From an uncultured delta proteobacterium (lineage in GTDB: Bacteria; Desulfobacterota; Desulfuromonadia; Desulfuromonadales; DDH964), in contig CAVXNQ010000022.1 in NCBI GenBank assembly GCA_963763205.1, positions 131,486 through 195,485 of the forward strand: DNA of 64,000 nucleotides. Reading direction: 5' to 3'. This document shows positions 1-10,996 of this stretch, piece after piece; within the stretch, counting starts at the first letter, position 1; every line of letters begins with the position of its first letter. The position numbers were made by a program, and so were the translations under genes. The notes under the pieces were generated by a model. It made no database searches, was not told the origin of the DNA, and saw nothing but the letters and a program-made list of their open reading frames with translations.

Positions 1-117
1 CTGGGACAGCCCCCGATGAAGCCGGGGACTGTCCCGAGTTTACTCCCCGGCAGCGTCGCAAAGACCTTAAACTTGCGCCATTCGCCGCTGTCCCCAGCAA
101 CCACTTCGGGAAGAAGT

Positions 118-2358
118 TTATTCCACCTCGCCGAAGGAGGTGTCGAAAATCTCCAGCAGTTGCAGTCCCTGCTTGGAAAGCATCATCGCGTTGCCGACGA
201 TGCCGTAGTAGAGAATGCTCAGGCGGGTCTTGGAGGAGTTGTCCCGGATGCGTGTCGCCTGCAGGGCGTTGAGCTCTTCGGCGAAAGCCCGCAGTCGCGC
301 GTCCTTCTCGGTGAGGCCGGCGATGTCGGCCGGCTGGCGGCGGCTGAAGGTATCCGCCACCTCCTGCAGGATGTCGTGCAGCATCCGCCGCACCTGCTCC
401 AGCTCCTCGACCTGAACTGGCAGCAGCCCCTTGTGGTGGTTGCCGACGTGGGTGTAGGCGCGCAGCACGATGTCGCGGTAGCCGTCGATGACCTTCTGCA
501 GCCGGCGCACGGTCTGGGCGTAGCGGTAGGAGAGGGTCTGTCCCTGCTGGTCGAGCAGCCGCATCGCCTTGAAGATGTTGGCGCTGATGATGTTGGACCA
601 GGCCTGCATCTTGTTCAGCTTCTTGCGCTCGGCGCCGATGCGGTCGAACTGCTGGCGGAAGAGGGCGTCGAGGCTGGCGTCGAGCGAACCCTGGATTTCC
701 ATCAACAGCACGCTCATGTGCTCGAAGGTGGTCTCCACCGCCGCGGCCTGCTCTTCGGCGGTCTCCAGGTTGAAGATCCGCTCCTTTTGTGCGTCCTCGC
801 GCAGGGCGCGGTGTTTGTGGTGGGCGTTGCGGACCATGACCGCCGTCAGGGCGATGAGGACGACGACGCCGAAGGCCTCGCCGTAGAAGATGACCATGGC
901 GAAGAGGCTGGCGAAGATAAAGGCGACGACGGCGGTCAGAAACCAGCCGCCGATGACCGCCAGCACCCCGGTGACGCGGTAGACGGCGCTCTCCCGGCCC
1001 CAGGCGCGGTCGGCGAAGGAGCTGCCCATGGCGACCATGAAGGTGACGTAGGTGGTGGAGAGCGGCAGCTTGTTGGCGGTGGCGTAGGAGACCACGGCGC
1101 TGGCGACCGTCAGGTTGACCGCGGCGCGCAGCAGGTCGAAGGAGGGACGCTCGCCCGCAGCCACCACCAGGGGCGCCGCCGCCGGGTCGAGGCGCCGGCT
1201 GAGTAGCGCCCGCAGCGGCCGCGGCACGACGGTGCGGACCATCTCGTAGAGGCCCAGTACCAGCCGCACGATGGAGCGGGAGAGGAAGATCGACTCGAAG
1301 CGCTCCTGCCCTTCTTCCTGCTGGGCGAGGTTGATCTCGGTCTCGGTGACGGTGCGCGCCTTCTTCGACAGGCACAGGGTCAGGACCATGACCAGCCCGG
1401 CGAAGAGGAGCAGCGGCGTCTCCGAGTGGACCTTCTGCGCCAGCGCGCCCATGGTGGCGGTGAGGGGATGGGCGCTGGCCAGGGCCGCCTTGTAGGCCTG
1501 CAGGCCGGCCAGTGGGACGCCGATGAAGTTGACCAGGTCGTTGGCGGCGAAAGCCATCGCCAGGGCAAAGGTGCCGATCAGGACGATCGGCTTGAGGATA
1601 TTGACCTGGAGCAGTTGCAGGATCAGCAGCACCACGACGGAGGCGGCGAAGATCAAAAGCAGCAGGGTCAACACGTGGCTGTCGATCCAGGCCACCGCCG
1701 GCCGGGGGATGAAGGAGGCGCCCTTGGCCCCCTTGACGACGATGAAGTAGGTGATCGAGGCCAGCGCCATGCCGCCCCAGAGCGCGCCGTAACGCTTGAT
1801 CCGCTGGTGGTAGTCGAAGGTGAAAAGGAGCCGGGTGAAGAACTGCACCACGGCGCCGCAGACGAAGGCGACCGCCACCGACAGCAGAATCCCCATGATG
1901 ATGGTGATCGCCTTGGCCGAGTTGATGTAGTCGATGAGGTTGGCGAGGGAGTCGCCGGCCTGGAGGATCTTCAGCAGTGAGACGGCGACCGCGGCGCCGA
2001 GCAGCTCGAAGACCACCGAGACGGTGGTCGAGGTCGGCAGGCCGTAGGTGTTGAAGAGGTCGAGGAGGATGACGTTGGCCAGCATCACCGCGAGGAAGAT
2101 GGTCAGGAGCTCCGGCATGGTGAAGAACTGCGGGTTGAAGATCCCCTTGCGGGCGACCTCCATCATGCCGCTGGAGAAGGTGACCCCGGCGAGGATGCCG
2201 AGGCCGGCGACGGTGAGAATGACGGCCCGGGGCGCGACTCGGGAGCCGATGGAGGAATTGAGGAAGTTGACGGCGTCGTTGCTGACGCCGACGAAGATGG
2301 CGAAGATGGCGAACAGGCCGAGGATGCCGACGCCGATGGTGAGGAGTTCAATGCTCAT
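118..2358 (-). CDS. PiT-family inorganic phosphate transporter with a C-terminal PhoU-like helical domain (746 aa)
   Basis: The N-terminus has the PHO4/PiT signature (GVSNDAVNFLNSSIGSR, repeated later as ANDLVNFIGVPL) and many TM segments. The C-terminal 200 aa are helical and PhoU-like. An AAGGAGA RBS precedes the ATG at 2358. Confidence 0.8.
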   Translation of the reverse strand: MSIELLTIGVGILGLFAIFAIFVGVSNDAVNFLNSSIGSRVAPRAVILTVAGLGILAGVTFSSGMMEVARKGIFNPQFFTMPELLTIFLAVMLANVILLDLFNTYGLPTSTTVSVVFELLGAAVAVSLLKILQAGDSLANLIDYINSAKAITIIMGILLSVAVAFVCGAVVQFFTRLLFTFDYHQRIKRYGALWGGMALASITYFIVVKGAKGASFIPRPAVAWIDSHVLTLLLLIFAASVVVLLILQLLQVNILKPIVLIGTFALAMAFAANDLVNFIGVPLAGLQAYKAALASAHPLTATMGALAQKVHSETPLLLFAGLVMVLTLCLSKKARTVTETEINLAQQEEGQERFESIFLSRSIVRLVLGLYEMVRTVVPRPLRALLSRRLDPAAAPLVVAAGERPSFDLLRAAVNLTVASAVVSYATANKLPLSTTYVTFMVAMGSSFADRAWGRESAVYRVTGVLAVIGGWFLTAVVAFIFASLFAMVIFYGEAFGVVVLIALTAVMVRNAHHKHRALREDAQKERIFNLETAEEQAAAVETTFEHMSVLLMEIQGSLDASLDALFRQQFDRIGAERKKLNKMQAWSNIISANIFKAMRLLDQQGQTLSYRYAQTVRRLQKVIDGYRDIVLRAYTHVGNHHKGLLPVQVEELEQVRRMLHDILQEVADTFSRRQPADIAGLTEKDARLRAFAEELNALQATRIRDNSSKTRLSILYYGIVGNAMMLSKQGLQLLEIFDTSFGEVE

Positions 2359-2623
2359 GTTCGCTTATCTCCTTTGCGCCATTGCAAAATTTTGCAGCAA
2401 CGAATCAGGATTCGAGGCTATAGAAATACCAGCTTTTGCCCGGATGCTGGGAACTTTTTGCCACAAAAAAACCGGCCAGACGCCCATGTCTGTTCGGTTG
2501 GGGATGGTCCAGGCTTGCGCGGATCCAGCCGATTCGGTTGCACTGGTGGAGCATCGCGTCAGGCTTTTATCAGTGGATTGTTAGGATTGTGTTAGGCCGA
2601 TGGCGGATTGATCATTTTGATCG

Positions 2624-3768
2624 TCAGGTCTTTGCCCCCAGAAAGCGGTTCAATCGCAACAGAAGCCCCTGCTCGGTCAACAGCGCCCCATGGGGGCAGA
2701 GCTCCTGACAGCAGAAGCAGCGGATGCAGCGGGCGTAATCGATCTCCAGACGGTCTCCGGCGATGCGCATCGCCTGCGGCGGACAGTGCTCGACGCAGAG
2801 GCCGCAGCGCACGCATTTGAGCTGGTCCGGGGCCGGGCGGGCGGTGAGGGCGTTCTTCAGGGGGCGCTTGATGAAGGCCGGCAGGCCGAAGTTGACGTCG
2901 GTGGTCTTGGCGGGGCGGAAGTGCGGGACGCGCAGGTTTTGCAGCGGCGTGCCGTGCAGTTCCAGCTCTTCCAGGGCGGTGCCTGGACGGCCGCCTTCGG
3001 CGGCGACCTTTTGCGTCCAGTTGGCGGTGGGGGACAGGCCGAGCAGGGCGGCGGCCGCCGTGTCGACGGCGAGGGGGCTGGCGCCGGCGAGAAGCGCCCC
3101 GACCTGGCACCGGTTCGCCGCTGCCGGGGCCGTCCCCCTCCATGCGCGACGACGGCGTCGACGATGGTCAGGGCCGGCGCGATGTGCTCGGCGAGCTCCA
3201 GCAGCATCAGGGCGAAGAACGCCTTGTCGGTGCCGGCCTGCAGGTGCAGCCGCACCTTGCGCATGCCGACCACGGCGCCGAAGAGGTTCTTGACGCCGCA
3301 GGTCAGGCCCATCATCTGGTGGGTCTTGAGCTTGGGGAGGTTGATGACCACGTCGGCGTCGAGGATGTCGCGGGCCAGCTCCAGTTCGTGGAAGGTGCCG
3401 CTGCCGACCCGCACCCGCACCGACTCGGCAAAGGGGGCAAAGCGCGCCCCTTCCTCCTCGATGACCGACAGCAGGCCGCAGCGGCGGGCGACCTGTTCCG
3501 GAGAGCCGACGCCGGGGGAGTCGCCGACGCTGACGATGCCGCCCGCGGCGCGCGCGGCGCGGATCACGGCGCGCAGGATCTCGGGGTGGGTGGTGACCGC
3601 CTTCTCCGGCGCCTTGCCGGCGAGCATGTTGGGCTTGAGCAGGACCTTCTGGCCGGGATGGACGAAGGCGGCCATGCCGCCGAGCGGGGCAAGGAGCGCG
3701 TCGAGGGCCGGGGCGACCGCTGCGGGGCAGTAGTCGGCCAGGGCCTGGAGGCTGACGGCCGGTTTCAT
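2624..3768 (-). pseudogene. DUF362 domain protein fused to a 2x[4Fe-4S] ferredoxin; reading frame broken by two 1-bp indels (about 3143-3147 and 3091-3112)
   Basis: Frame A (3768..about 3148) reads MKPAVSLQ...TIVDAVVA. A second frame continues the conserved MEGDGPGSGEP motif. A third frame reads LLAGASPLAVD...KCVRCGLCVEHCPP...CIRCFCCQELCP through to the stop at 2624. Together these reconstruct one about-380-aa DUF362-Fd protein. Confidence 0.7.
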
Positions 3769-4160
3769 CCGGAAATGACTTTGAGATGCAGGGTGCGGCG
3801 GCGCGGACCGTCGAATTCGCAGAAGTAGATCCCCTGCCAGGTGCCGAGGACCGGTTCGCCGCCTTTCACCAGCAGGGTTTCGCTGGCGCCGACCAGGGTC
3901 GATTTGAGGTGGGCGGCGCTGTTCCCCTCGGCGTGGCGGTAGCCGTCGGCAAAGGGAACGATCTTGTTCAGTTCCATGACCAGATCGGCGACGACGTCGG
4001 GATCGGCATTCTCGTTGATGGTGACGGCCGCGGTAGTGTGGGGGACGAACAGCACCGCAAGCCCGTCGCGCACGCCGCTCTCCCGCAGCACCCGGCGCAC
4101 GGCGGAAGTGACGTCGATCATCTCCACCTGCCGGTGGCTGACCACCTCAAGGGAGTGCAT
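3765..4160 (-). CDS. YjbQ/UPF0047 family protein (secondary thiamine-phosphate synthase-like), 131 aa
   Basis: Full-length match to the YjbQ family pattern (VTINENADPDV...HLK..L.G.S..L....G...LGTWQGI). Its stop overlaps the DUF362 start (ATGA). Confidence 0.8.
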   Translation of the reverse strand: MHSLEVVSHRQVEMIDVTSAVRRVLRESGVRDGLAVLFVPHTTAAVTINENADPDVVADLVMELNKIVPFADGYRHAEGNSAAHLKSTLVGASETLLVKGGEPVLGTWQGIYFCEFDGPRRRTLHLKVISG

Positions 4161-5016
4161 GTTCGGCTTCCGGCGGCGGCTGGGCGGGGAGTGTCTCGCA
4201 CAGTCCGTCGATCAGCGCGGCCAGGGCGCTCGGGCAGTAGAGCATCCCGACGTGCCCCATGCCGCTTAGTTCGATGTTGCGGACTCCCGGCAGGCGGGCG
4301 CTTTGCCAGGGGAGGACGATGTTGTCGTGGCGGCTGCAGATGGCCGTGATCCTTTCCGGATGGGGGAGGGGGGCGGCGTTGAGGCGGTTCAGAAAGGTTG
4401 AGCCGGGGACCAGCGCCTCGCCGAGCCGGGAGATCGCAAAGGGGGCGAGCTTGGAGCCGTGATTGGGCGCGGCCAGCAGCACGCAGCGGTCAACCCGTTC
4501 AGCGCCGCCGCGCAGTTGCAGGTAGTTGCGGGCGATTATGCCGCCCATCGAGTGGCCGACCAGGTGCACCTTGTCCCCGGCCCCGGCCAGGCGCAGTTCG
4601 TCGACCTTCAAGGTGAGGCGCTCGGTCAGGGCTTCGATGTCTTTCCAGGGCGGCAGGTTGATGGAATAGAGGTTGCGCAGACCCTTGCGGCGCAGTCGGA
4701 ACTTGACCCACCACCAGCAGGCACGGTTGTGAAAGAGGCCGTGGAGAAGGATGACCGGCGGGCCGCCGGTCGGGGCAAAGGGGGTTTGGCGGGGCGGCAC
4801 CCAGCCCCAGGGATGGAGGAGGACGGTCACCAAAAGCAGCAGCGTCTCCTGGACGATGAGGCGGGTGGCCAGCCACAGCCGTTCGGCGGCGAAACGACCG
4901 GGGACCAGTTCCGGCCGGTCGCTGGCGCTTTCGTACCAGGCGATGGCGTGGCTGAGCAGGACGATCAGGAAAACGGCGCCGACGAAGGCGCCTAACAGGG
5001 CGAAAAGTATCAACAT
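4147..5016 (-). CDS. alpha/beta-hydrolase fold lipase/esterase with an N-terminal membrane anchor (290 aa)
   Basis: It has a GHSMGG nucleophile elbow, an HG oxyanion motif (ILLHGLFHN) and a hydrophobic N-terminus. The ORF track extends to 5205 but that part overlaps tRNA-fMet. The internal ATG at 5016 (MLILFALL) is taken as the start. Confidence 0.7.
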   Translation of the reverse strand: MLILFALLGAFVGAVFLIVLLSHAIAWYESASDRPELVPGRFAAERLWLATRLIVQETLLLLVTVLLHPWGWVPPRQTPFAPTGGPPVILLHGLFHNRACWWWVKFRLRRKGLRNLYSINLPPWKDIEALTERLTLKVDELRLAGAGDKVHLVGHSMGGIIARNYLQLRGGAERVDRCVLLAAPNHGSKLAPFAISRLGEALVPGSTFLNRLNAAPLPHPERITAICSRHDNIVLPWQSARLPGVRNIELSGMGHVGMLYCPSALAALIDGLCETLPAQPPPEAEHALP

Positions 5017-5089
5017 GTTCCCTCCAATGGCTGCAAGTATCGCACGCCGGGAGGGGGTCGTCAATCTTCGGAGCCGCCGCAAATATCCC

Positions 5090-5118
5090 TTGACAGCCTG
5101 TGGAACTTGCCTTAATCT
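5090..5118 (+). promoter_or_regulatory. sigma70-type promoter TTGACA-17-TAATCT driving tRNA-fMet
   Basis: The -35 is a perfect TTGACA at 5090-5095 and the -10 is TAATCT at 5113-5118. The tRNA begins 14 nt downstream. Confidence 0.6.
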
Positions 5119-5131
5119 GAAAAACTCATGA

Positions 5132-5208
<77 letters not shown>

Positions 5209-5216
5209 ATATCCCT

Positions 5217-5250
5217 CAGGGGCCCGCCAGTGGCGGGCCCCTGCTTTGTT
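5217..5250 (+). terminator. intrinsic terminator after tRNA-fMet
   Basis: A 12-bp GC stem (CAGGGGCCCGCC-AGT-GGCGGGCCCCTG) is followed by CTTTGTT. Confidence 0.6.
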
Positions 5251-5295
5251 CAGCCGGCGCCCGGGGTGGGGAAATTTCGAGCCCGCGGTTTCCCC

Positions 5296-5324
5296 TTGAC
5301 AAGCTTTCGGGCATGGGTTATAAA
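5296..5324 (+). promoter_or_regulatory. sigma70-type promoter TTGACA-17-TATAAA driving the second CAT tRNA
   Basis: Perfect -35 TTGACA at 5296-5301, a 17-nt spacer, and TATAAA at 5319-5324. Confidence 0.6.
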
Positions 5325-5416
5325 GTACGCCTGCTGCCTCCCGGGAGCCGCAAAAAATTTGGGCAACCCGTTGATTTTTAAGGGAGAAAAGCGATATACC
5401 CAGGTCCGATAATTCA

Positions 5417-5493
5417 GGCGGTGTAGCTCAGTTGGTTAGAGCATGCGGCTCATATCCGCAGTGTCCGGAGTTCGAATCTCTGCACCGCCACCA
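5417..5493 (+). tRNA. tRNA with anticodon CAT, elongator type (tRNA-Met; tRNA-Ile2(lysidine) not excluded)
   Basis: Cloverleaf GGCGGTG...CACCGCC-A-CCA with D-arm AGCTCAGTTGGTTAGAGC and anticodon loop CTCATAT. It is 77 nt with an encoded CCA. It sits directly upstream of tilS. Confidence 0.8.
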
Positions 5494-5565
5494 TTTCTGC
5501 GAAACCCTCTCCGGCCCCCGGGGAGGGTTTCGTCTTTTCTGCCCCTTTCACTTGCCGGTGTGGCC

Positions 5566-6936
5566 ATGCTCGCCTCCGTCTCCTGCTTCATTCGCCGCCA
5601 TGACCTGATCGTCCCCGGCGACCGGGTGCTGGTGGCGGTTTCCGGTGGGAGTGATTCCCTCGCCCTGCTGGAGCTTCTCCGGCAGTTGGCGGCGACCTGG
5701 CCTTTTGAACTGGAGGTCGCCCATCTCGACCACGGCCTGCGCGCGGCCAGTGCCGCCGAGGCCGCTTTTGTCGCCGGCTGCTGTGCCCGGCTGGGGCTTC
5801 CGCTGGAGACGGCGCGGGTTGACGTTCGGGCTCTGGCCCGGGAGCGGCGCGGGGGGCTGGAAGCGGCGGCGCGGGCTGCACGGCGGACCTTTCTTCAGGA
5901 GGTTGCGGCCCGACGCGACTGCCGGGTCATCGCCCTCGGCCATCAGCGGGACGACCAGGCGGAAACGGTTCTGGAGCGCCTGCTGCGCGGTAGCGCCGCG
6001 ACCGGCCTGGCCGCGATGCGGCCGCAAAGCGGACCCTTCGTGCGACCGCTGCTGGATTGTTCCCGCCAGCAGCTGCGCGACTACCTGGTGGCGCGCGGCC
6101 TGGCCTGGCGGGAGGACGCGAGCAATGCCGATCCGACCTTTACCCGCAACCGCATCCGCCATCGACTGCTGCCGCTGCTGGGGACCTTCAATCCCCGCAT
6201 CGAAGAGCGGCTGGCCGGGCTCAGCGCCCGGCTGAGGATCGAAGAAGACTTCTGGGAGGAGCTGCTCGCCGCCCGCGAAGCGGACCTGGCGTCGCCCGTC
6301 GAGGATGGTCTGCAGCTTTCCGTCGCCGCCCTTTCCGAGCTTCATCCGGCGCTACGCGATCGTCTGCTGCATCGTTTGCTGGCGCGGGTCCGGCGCGACC
6401 GGCAGCGGCTGCTGGCGGTGCACGTCAATGCGGTCGGCCGGCTGCTCGATGACGGACGGCCGCAGCGTGAGCTGCACCTGCCGGGGGTGTGGGTGCTGCG
6501 CCGCTATGATCGGCTCGAAATCCGCCGGCAGCCACCGACCGAAGGCGGGAATTATGCCCTGAGCGTCGCAACCCCCGGGCGCTTTCCGCTGCCGGGTGGG
6601 ATGTTTCTCGATGTCAGCCTGCAACCGGTGGCGGAAGGGGAGGGACCCTGGGTGGCGGAATTCGCCGCCGGCCAGGTCGCCTGGCCGCTGACCGTGCGCA
6701 GTTTCCTTCCCGGCGACCGCATCCGCTTGGCCGGCGGCGGGCGGCACCGCATCAAGGAACTGCTGCGCGCCGCCCGATTGCCCCGCGAGGTGCGGGAGGT
6801 CCTGCCCCTGGTGGTCGCCGATGAGGTCCTCTGGGTGCCCGGTCTGCGCCGCTCTCCCGGGCGGCTTCCGCAGGCCGGAGACGAGGTTCTGCGGCTGGTT
6901 CTCTCCGGGGCCGGCTGGGCGACTAATAACTTGTGA
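5566..6936 (+). CDS. tilS: tRNA(Ile)-lysidine synthetase TilS
   Basis: N-terminal PP-loop ATPase motif VAVSGGSDSLALL plus the TilS substrate-binding C-terminus. The ORF track start (5443) lies inside the tRNA. The ATG at 5566 (MLASVSCF) is used instead. Confidence 0.85.
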   Translation: MLASVSCFIRRHDLIVPGDRVLVAVSGGSDSLALLELLRQLAATWPFELEVAHLDHGLRAASAAEAAFVAGCCARLGLPLETARVDVRALARERRGGLEAAARAARRTFLQEVAARRDCRVIALGHQRDDQAETVLERLLRGSAATGLAAMRPQSGPFVRPLLDCSRQQLRDYLVARGLAWREDASNADPTFTRNRIRHRLLPLLGTFNPRIEERLAGLSARLRIEEDFWEELLAAREADLASPVEDGLQLSVAALSELHPALRDRLLHRLLARVRRDRQRLLAVHVNAVGRLLDDGRPQRELHLPGVWVLRRYDRLEIRRQPPTEGGNYALSVATPGRFPLPGGMFLDVSLQPVAEGEGPWVAEFAAGQVAWPLTVRSFLPGDRIRLAGGGRHRIKELLRAARLPREVREVLPLVVADEVLWVPGLRRSPGRLPQAGDEVLRLVLSGAGWATNNL

Positions 6937-7028
6937 TTCCGCAAGGGTTATGGTAGATTTCCGGTTACTTTTCCGGCCCGGATGCAAAATCCGGCCGGGA
7001 AGAGAATTCTTCTCCTCTAGGGGGTCCG

Positions 7029-8900
<1,872 letters not shown>

Positions 8901-8902
8901 CC

Positions 8903-10108
8903 ATGACGGCGCCGCGGCTGCTGACGGTCTGCGACGAGGCCGATGCCCGGCGCGAACTGCAGCTGATCGGCTGCGACCCGGGCGGAATCGAGCGGATGGC
9001 GGCCAAGATGCTCGGCCGCCTGGTCAAGATCCCCGCCGTTCCCTGTCGTGCCGCCAATATCCTCAAACAGGAGATGCTCGCCCTGGGGGGGGACGCGGCC
9101 GTAGCCCGCGGGACGGTGGCCTGCGCTCATCCTTCTACGGATGTCCTTCTGATCGGTTCCCAACGACAGCTGGATGAACTCGTCCGGAAACTGGCCGCGC
9201 AGCCCTTCGGCCTTGCCGGGCTTGGCCGACAGCTGGCCGCGTTGCTGGCGGCGCTGGCCGCTCCGGCGGGCATTCTGGCGGGCCGCAGCTGCCGACTCGA
9301 CTGTCGGCGGCCGCTGATCATGGGGATTCTCAACGTCACCCCCGACTCCTTTTCCGACGGCGGCCGCTATGCCAGCCTCGATGCGGCTCTGCGGCAGGCG
9401 CGGCGGATGGCGGACGAAGGGGCCGATCTGCTCGATATCGGCGGCGAAAGCACCCGCCCCGGCGCGCCCCCGGTCAGCGCCGAACAGGAGCTGGATCGGG
9501 TCATGCCGGTTGTCGAGGCGCTGTCCCGGGAATCCCCCCTGCCGCTGTCGGTCGATACCAACAAGAGCGCCGTGGCCCGCGCAGTGCTGGCCGCAGGCGC
9601 CGAGTTTATCAACGATATCAGCGGCTTCACCTTCGATTGCGAAATGGCGGCGACGGTCGCGGCGGCGGCGGGCGGGGCGTTTCTGATGCATACCCGCGGG
9701 TGTCCGGAGACGATGCAGCAGGATACCGCCTACGCGGATCTTCCCGGCGCGGTACTCGCCGGTCTCGAAGCCTCCCTGCAGCAGGCTCGGGCCGCGGGCA
9801 TTCCCGAGGAGAAGCTGGCCGTCGATCCCGGCATCGGTTTCGGCAAGGACGCCGCCGGCAATCTGGAGCTTTTGCGCCGACTGCCGGAACTCCTTTCGCT
9901 GGGCCGGCCGGTCCTGCTCGGCACCTCGCGCAAGGGGTTCATCGGCAGGATTCTCGACCAGCCCGATCCCGGGCGGCGTCTTCACGGGACCCTGGCGACG
10001 GTGGCCTTGGGCGTTGCCGGCGGCGCACGGATCTTCCGGGTTCACGATGTCGGCCCGGCGCGGGAAACGGCCTTGACCGCCTGGGCTGTGGTGACGGGGC
10101 AGGTTTAA
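8903..10108 (+). CDS. folP: dihydropteroate synthase with an about-130-aa N-terminal extension
   Basis: The pterin-binding DHPS core runs from GILNVTPDSFSDGG through FINDISG to LLGTSRK. It follows ftsH as in many bacteria. Confidence 0.85.
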   Translation: MTAPRLLTVCDEADARRELQLIGCDPGGIERMAAKMLGRLVKIPAVPCRAANILKQEMLALGGDAAVARGTVACAHPSTDVLLIGSQRQLDELVRKLAAQPFGLAGLGRQLAALLAALAAPAGILAGRSCRLDCRRPLIMGILNVTPDSFSDGGRYASLDAALRQARRMADEGADLLDIGGESTRPGAPPVSAEQELDRVMPVVEALSRESPLPLSVDTNKSAVARAVLAAGAEFINDISGFTFDCEMAATVAAAAGGAFLMHTRGCPETMQQDTAYADLPGAVLAGLEASLQQARAAGIPEEKLAVDPGIGFGKDAAGNLELLRRLPELLSLGRPVLLGTSRKGFIGRILDQPDPGRRLHGTLATVALGVAGGARIFRVHDVGPARETALTAWAVVTGQV

Positions 10109-10204
10109 GGAAAAAATTAAACAAGTAAAGGAAGAACGGGGAGCGGGCCTGGTGCCTGAAACCTGATATCTGAAACCTGGGTTCTCTCGACGGGTGACGC
10201 AACC

Positions 10205-10993
10205 ATGGCCGGCATGCTCGATCAACTGAAAAACTTCCGCTGGCTGCTCGACCTGCTCGATATCTTCCTGGTCGCCTTCATCATCTACCGGATCATCCTG
10301 CTCATCAAGGGGACCCGGGCGGTGCAAATGCTCCTCGGGCTGGCGGTGGTGCTGATCGTTTACGTCGCCTCCCAGCTCGGTGGGCTCTACACCCTGCACT
10401 GGCTCCTCGACAACTTCCTCTCCTCGATCATCCTGGTCATCGTCGTCATTTTCCAGAACGACATCCGCCGCGCCCTGATTCACGTCGGCAAGAACCCCTT
10501 TTTCGCCGATCTCTCTTTCAGGGAAGAGGACGAGGTTATCGATGAGCTGGTCAAGGCCTGCGTCAACATGGCCAACAAGAAGATCGGGGCGCTGATCGTC
10601 ATCGAGCGGGAAACCGGGATCAACGATTTCCTCGAGATCGGGGTGGAAATCGACGCCAAGGTCTCCAGCGACCTGATCGCCTCGATTTTCCTCCCCTATT
10701 CGCCGATCCACGACGGCGCCCTGGTCATCCAGCAGGGGCGCCTCAAGCGCGCCGGCTGCTTCCTCCCCCTGTCCCAGAATCCGGACATCGCCAAGTCCCT
10801 CGGCACCCGGCACCGAGCCGCCATCGGTCTCACCGAGCTGGTCGACGCGGTCGCCATCGTCGTTTCCGAGGAGACCGGCAAGATTTCCGTGGTGGTCGGT
10901 GGCCGGATCACCCGGGATCTCGATTCGACGGCCCTCAAGCGGGTGGTCAAGCGCCTTCTCGAACCGCGCACCACGCCGCGGAAGAAACGGTGA
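10205..10993 (+). CDS. cdaA: diadenylate cyclase CdaA (c-di-AMP synthase, DAC/DisA_N domain)
   Basis: Three N-terminal TM helices, then DAC motifs (DGALVI, RHRAAIGL, VVSEETG). Canonical cdaA-cdaR-glmM context. Confidence 0.9.
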   Translation: MAGMLDQLKNFRWLLDLLDIFLVAFIIYRIILLIKGTRAVQMLLGLAVVLIVYVASQLGGLYTLHWLLDNFLSSIILVIVVIFQNDIRRALIHVGKNPFFADLSFREEDEVIDELVKACVNMANKKIGALIVIERETGINDFLEIGVEIDAKVSSDLIASIFLPYSPIHDGALVIQQGRLKRAGCFLPLSQNPDIAKSLGTRHRAAIGLTELVDAVAIVVSEETGKISVVVGGRITRDLDSTALKRVVKRLLEPRTTPRKKR

Positions 10994-10996
10994 GCC

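Noticed and set aside
16-1206. 396-aa plus-strand ORF
   Set aside because: Antisense to the PiT phosphate transporter. The composition is G/A/V/D-rich and looks random.
2592-3143. 183-aa minus-strand ORF
   Set aside because: It is only the middle frame of the frameshifted DUF362-ferredoxin gene (it begins with the conserved MEGDGPGSGEP motif and then runs out of frame). It is not an independent gene.
5443-5565. N-terminal 41-codon extension of the tilS ORF
   Set aside because: It overlaps the CAT-anticodon tRNA (5417-5493). The conserved TilS sequence begins at the ATG at 5566.
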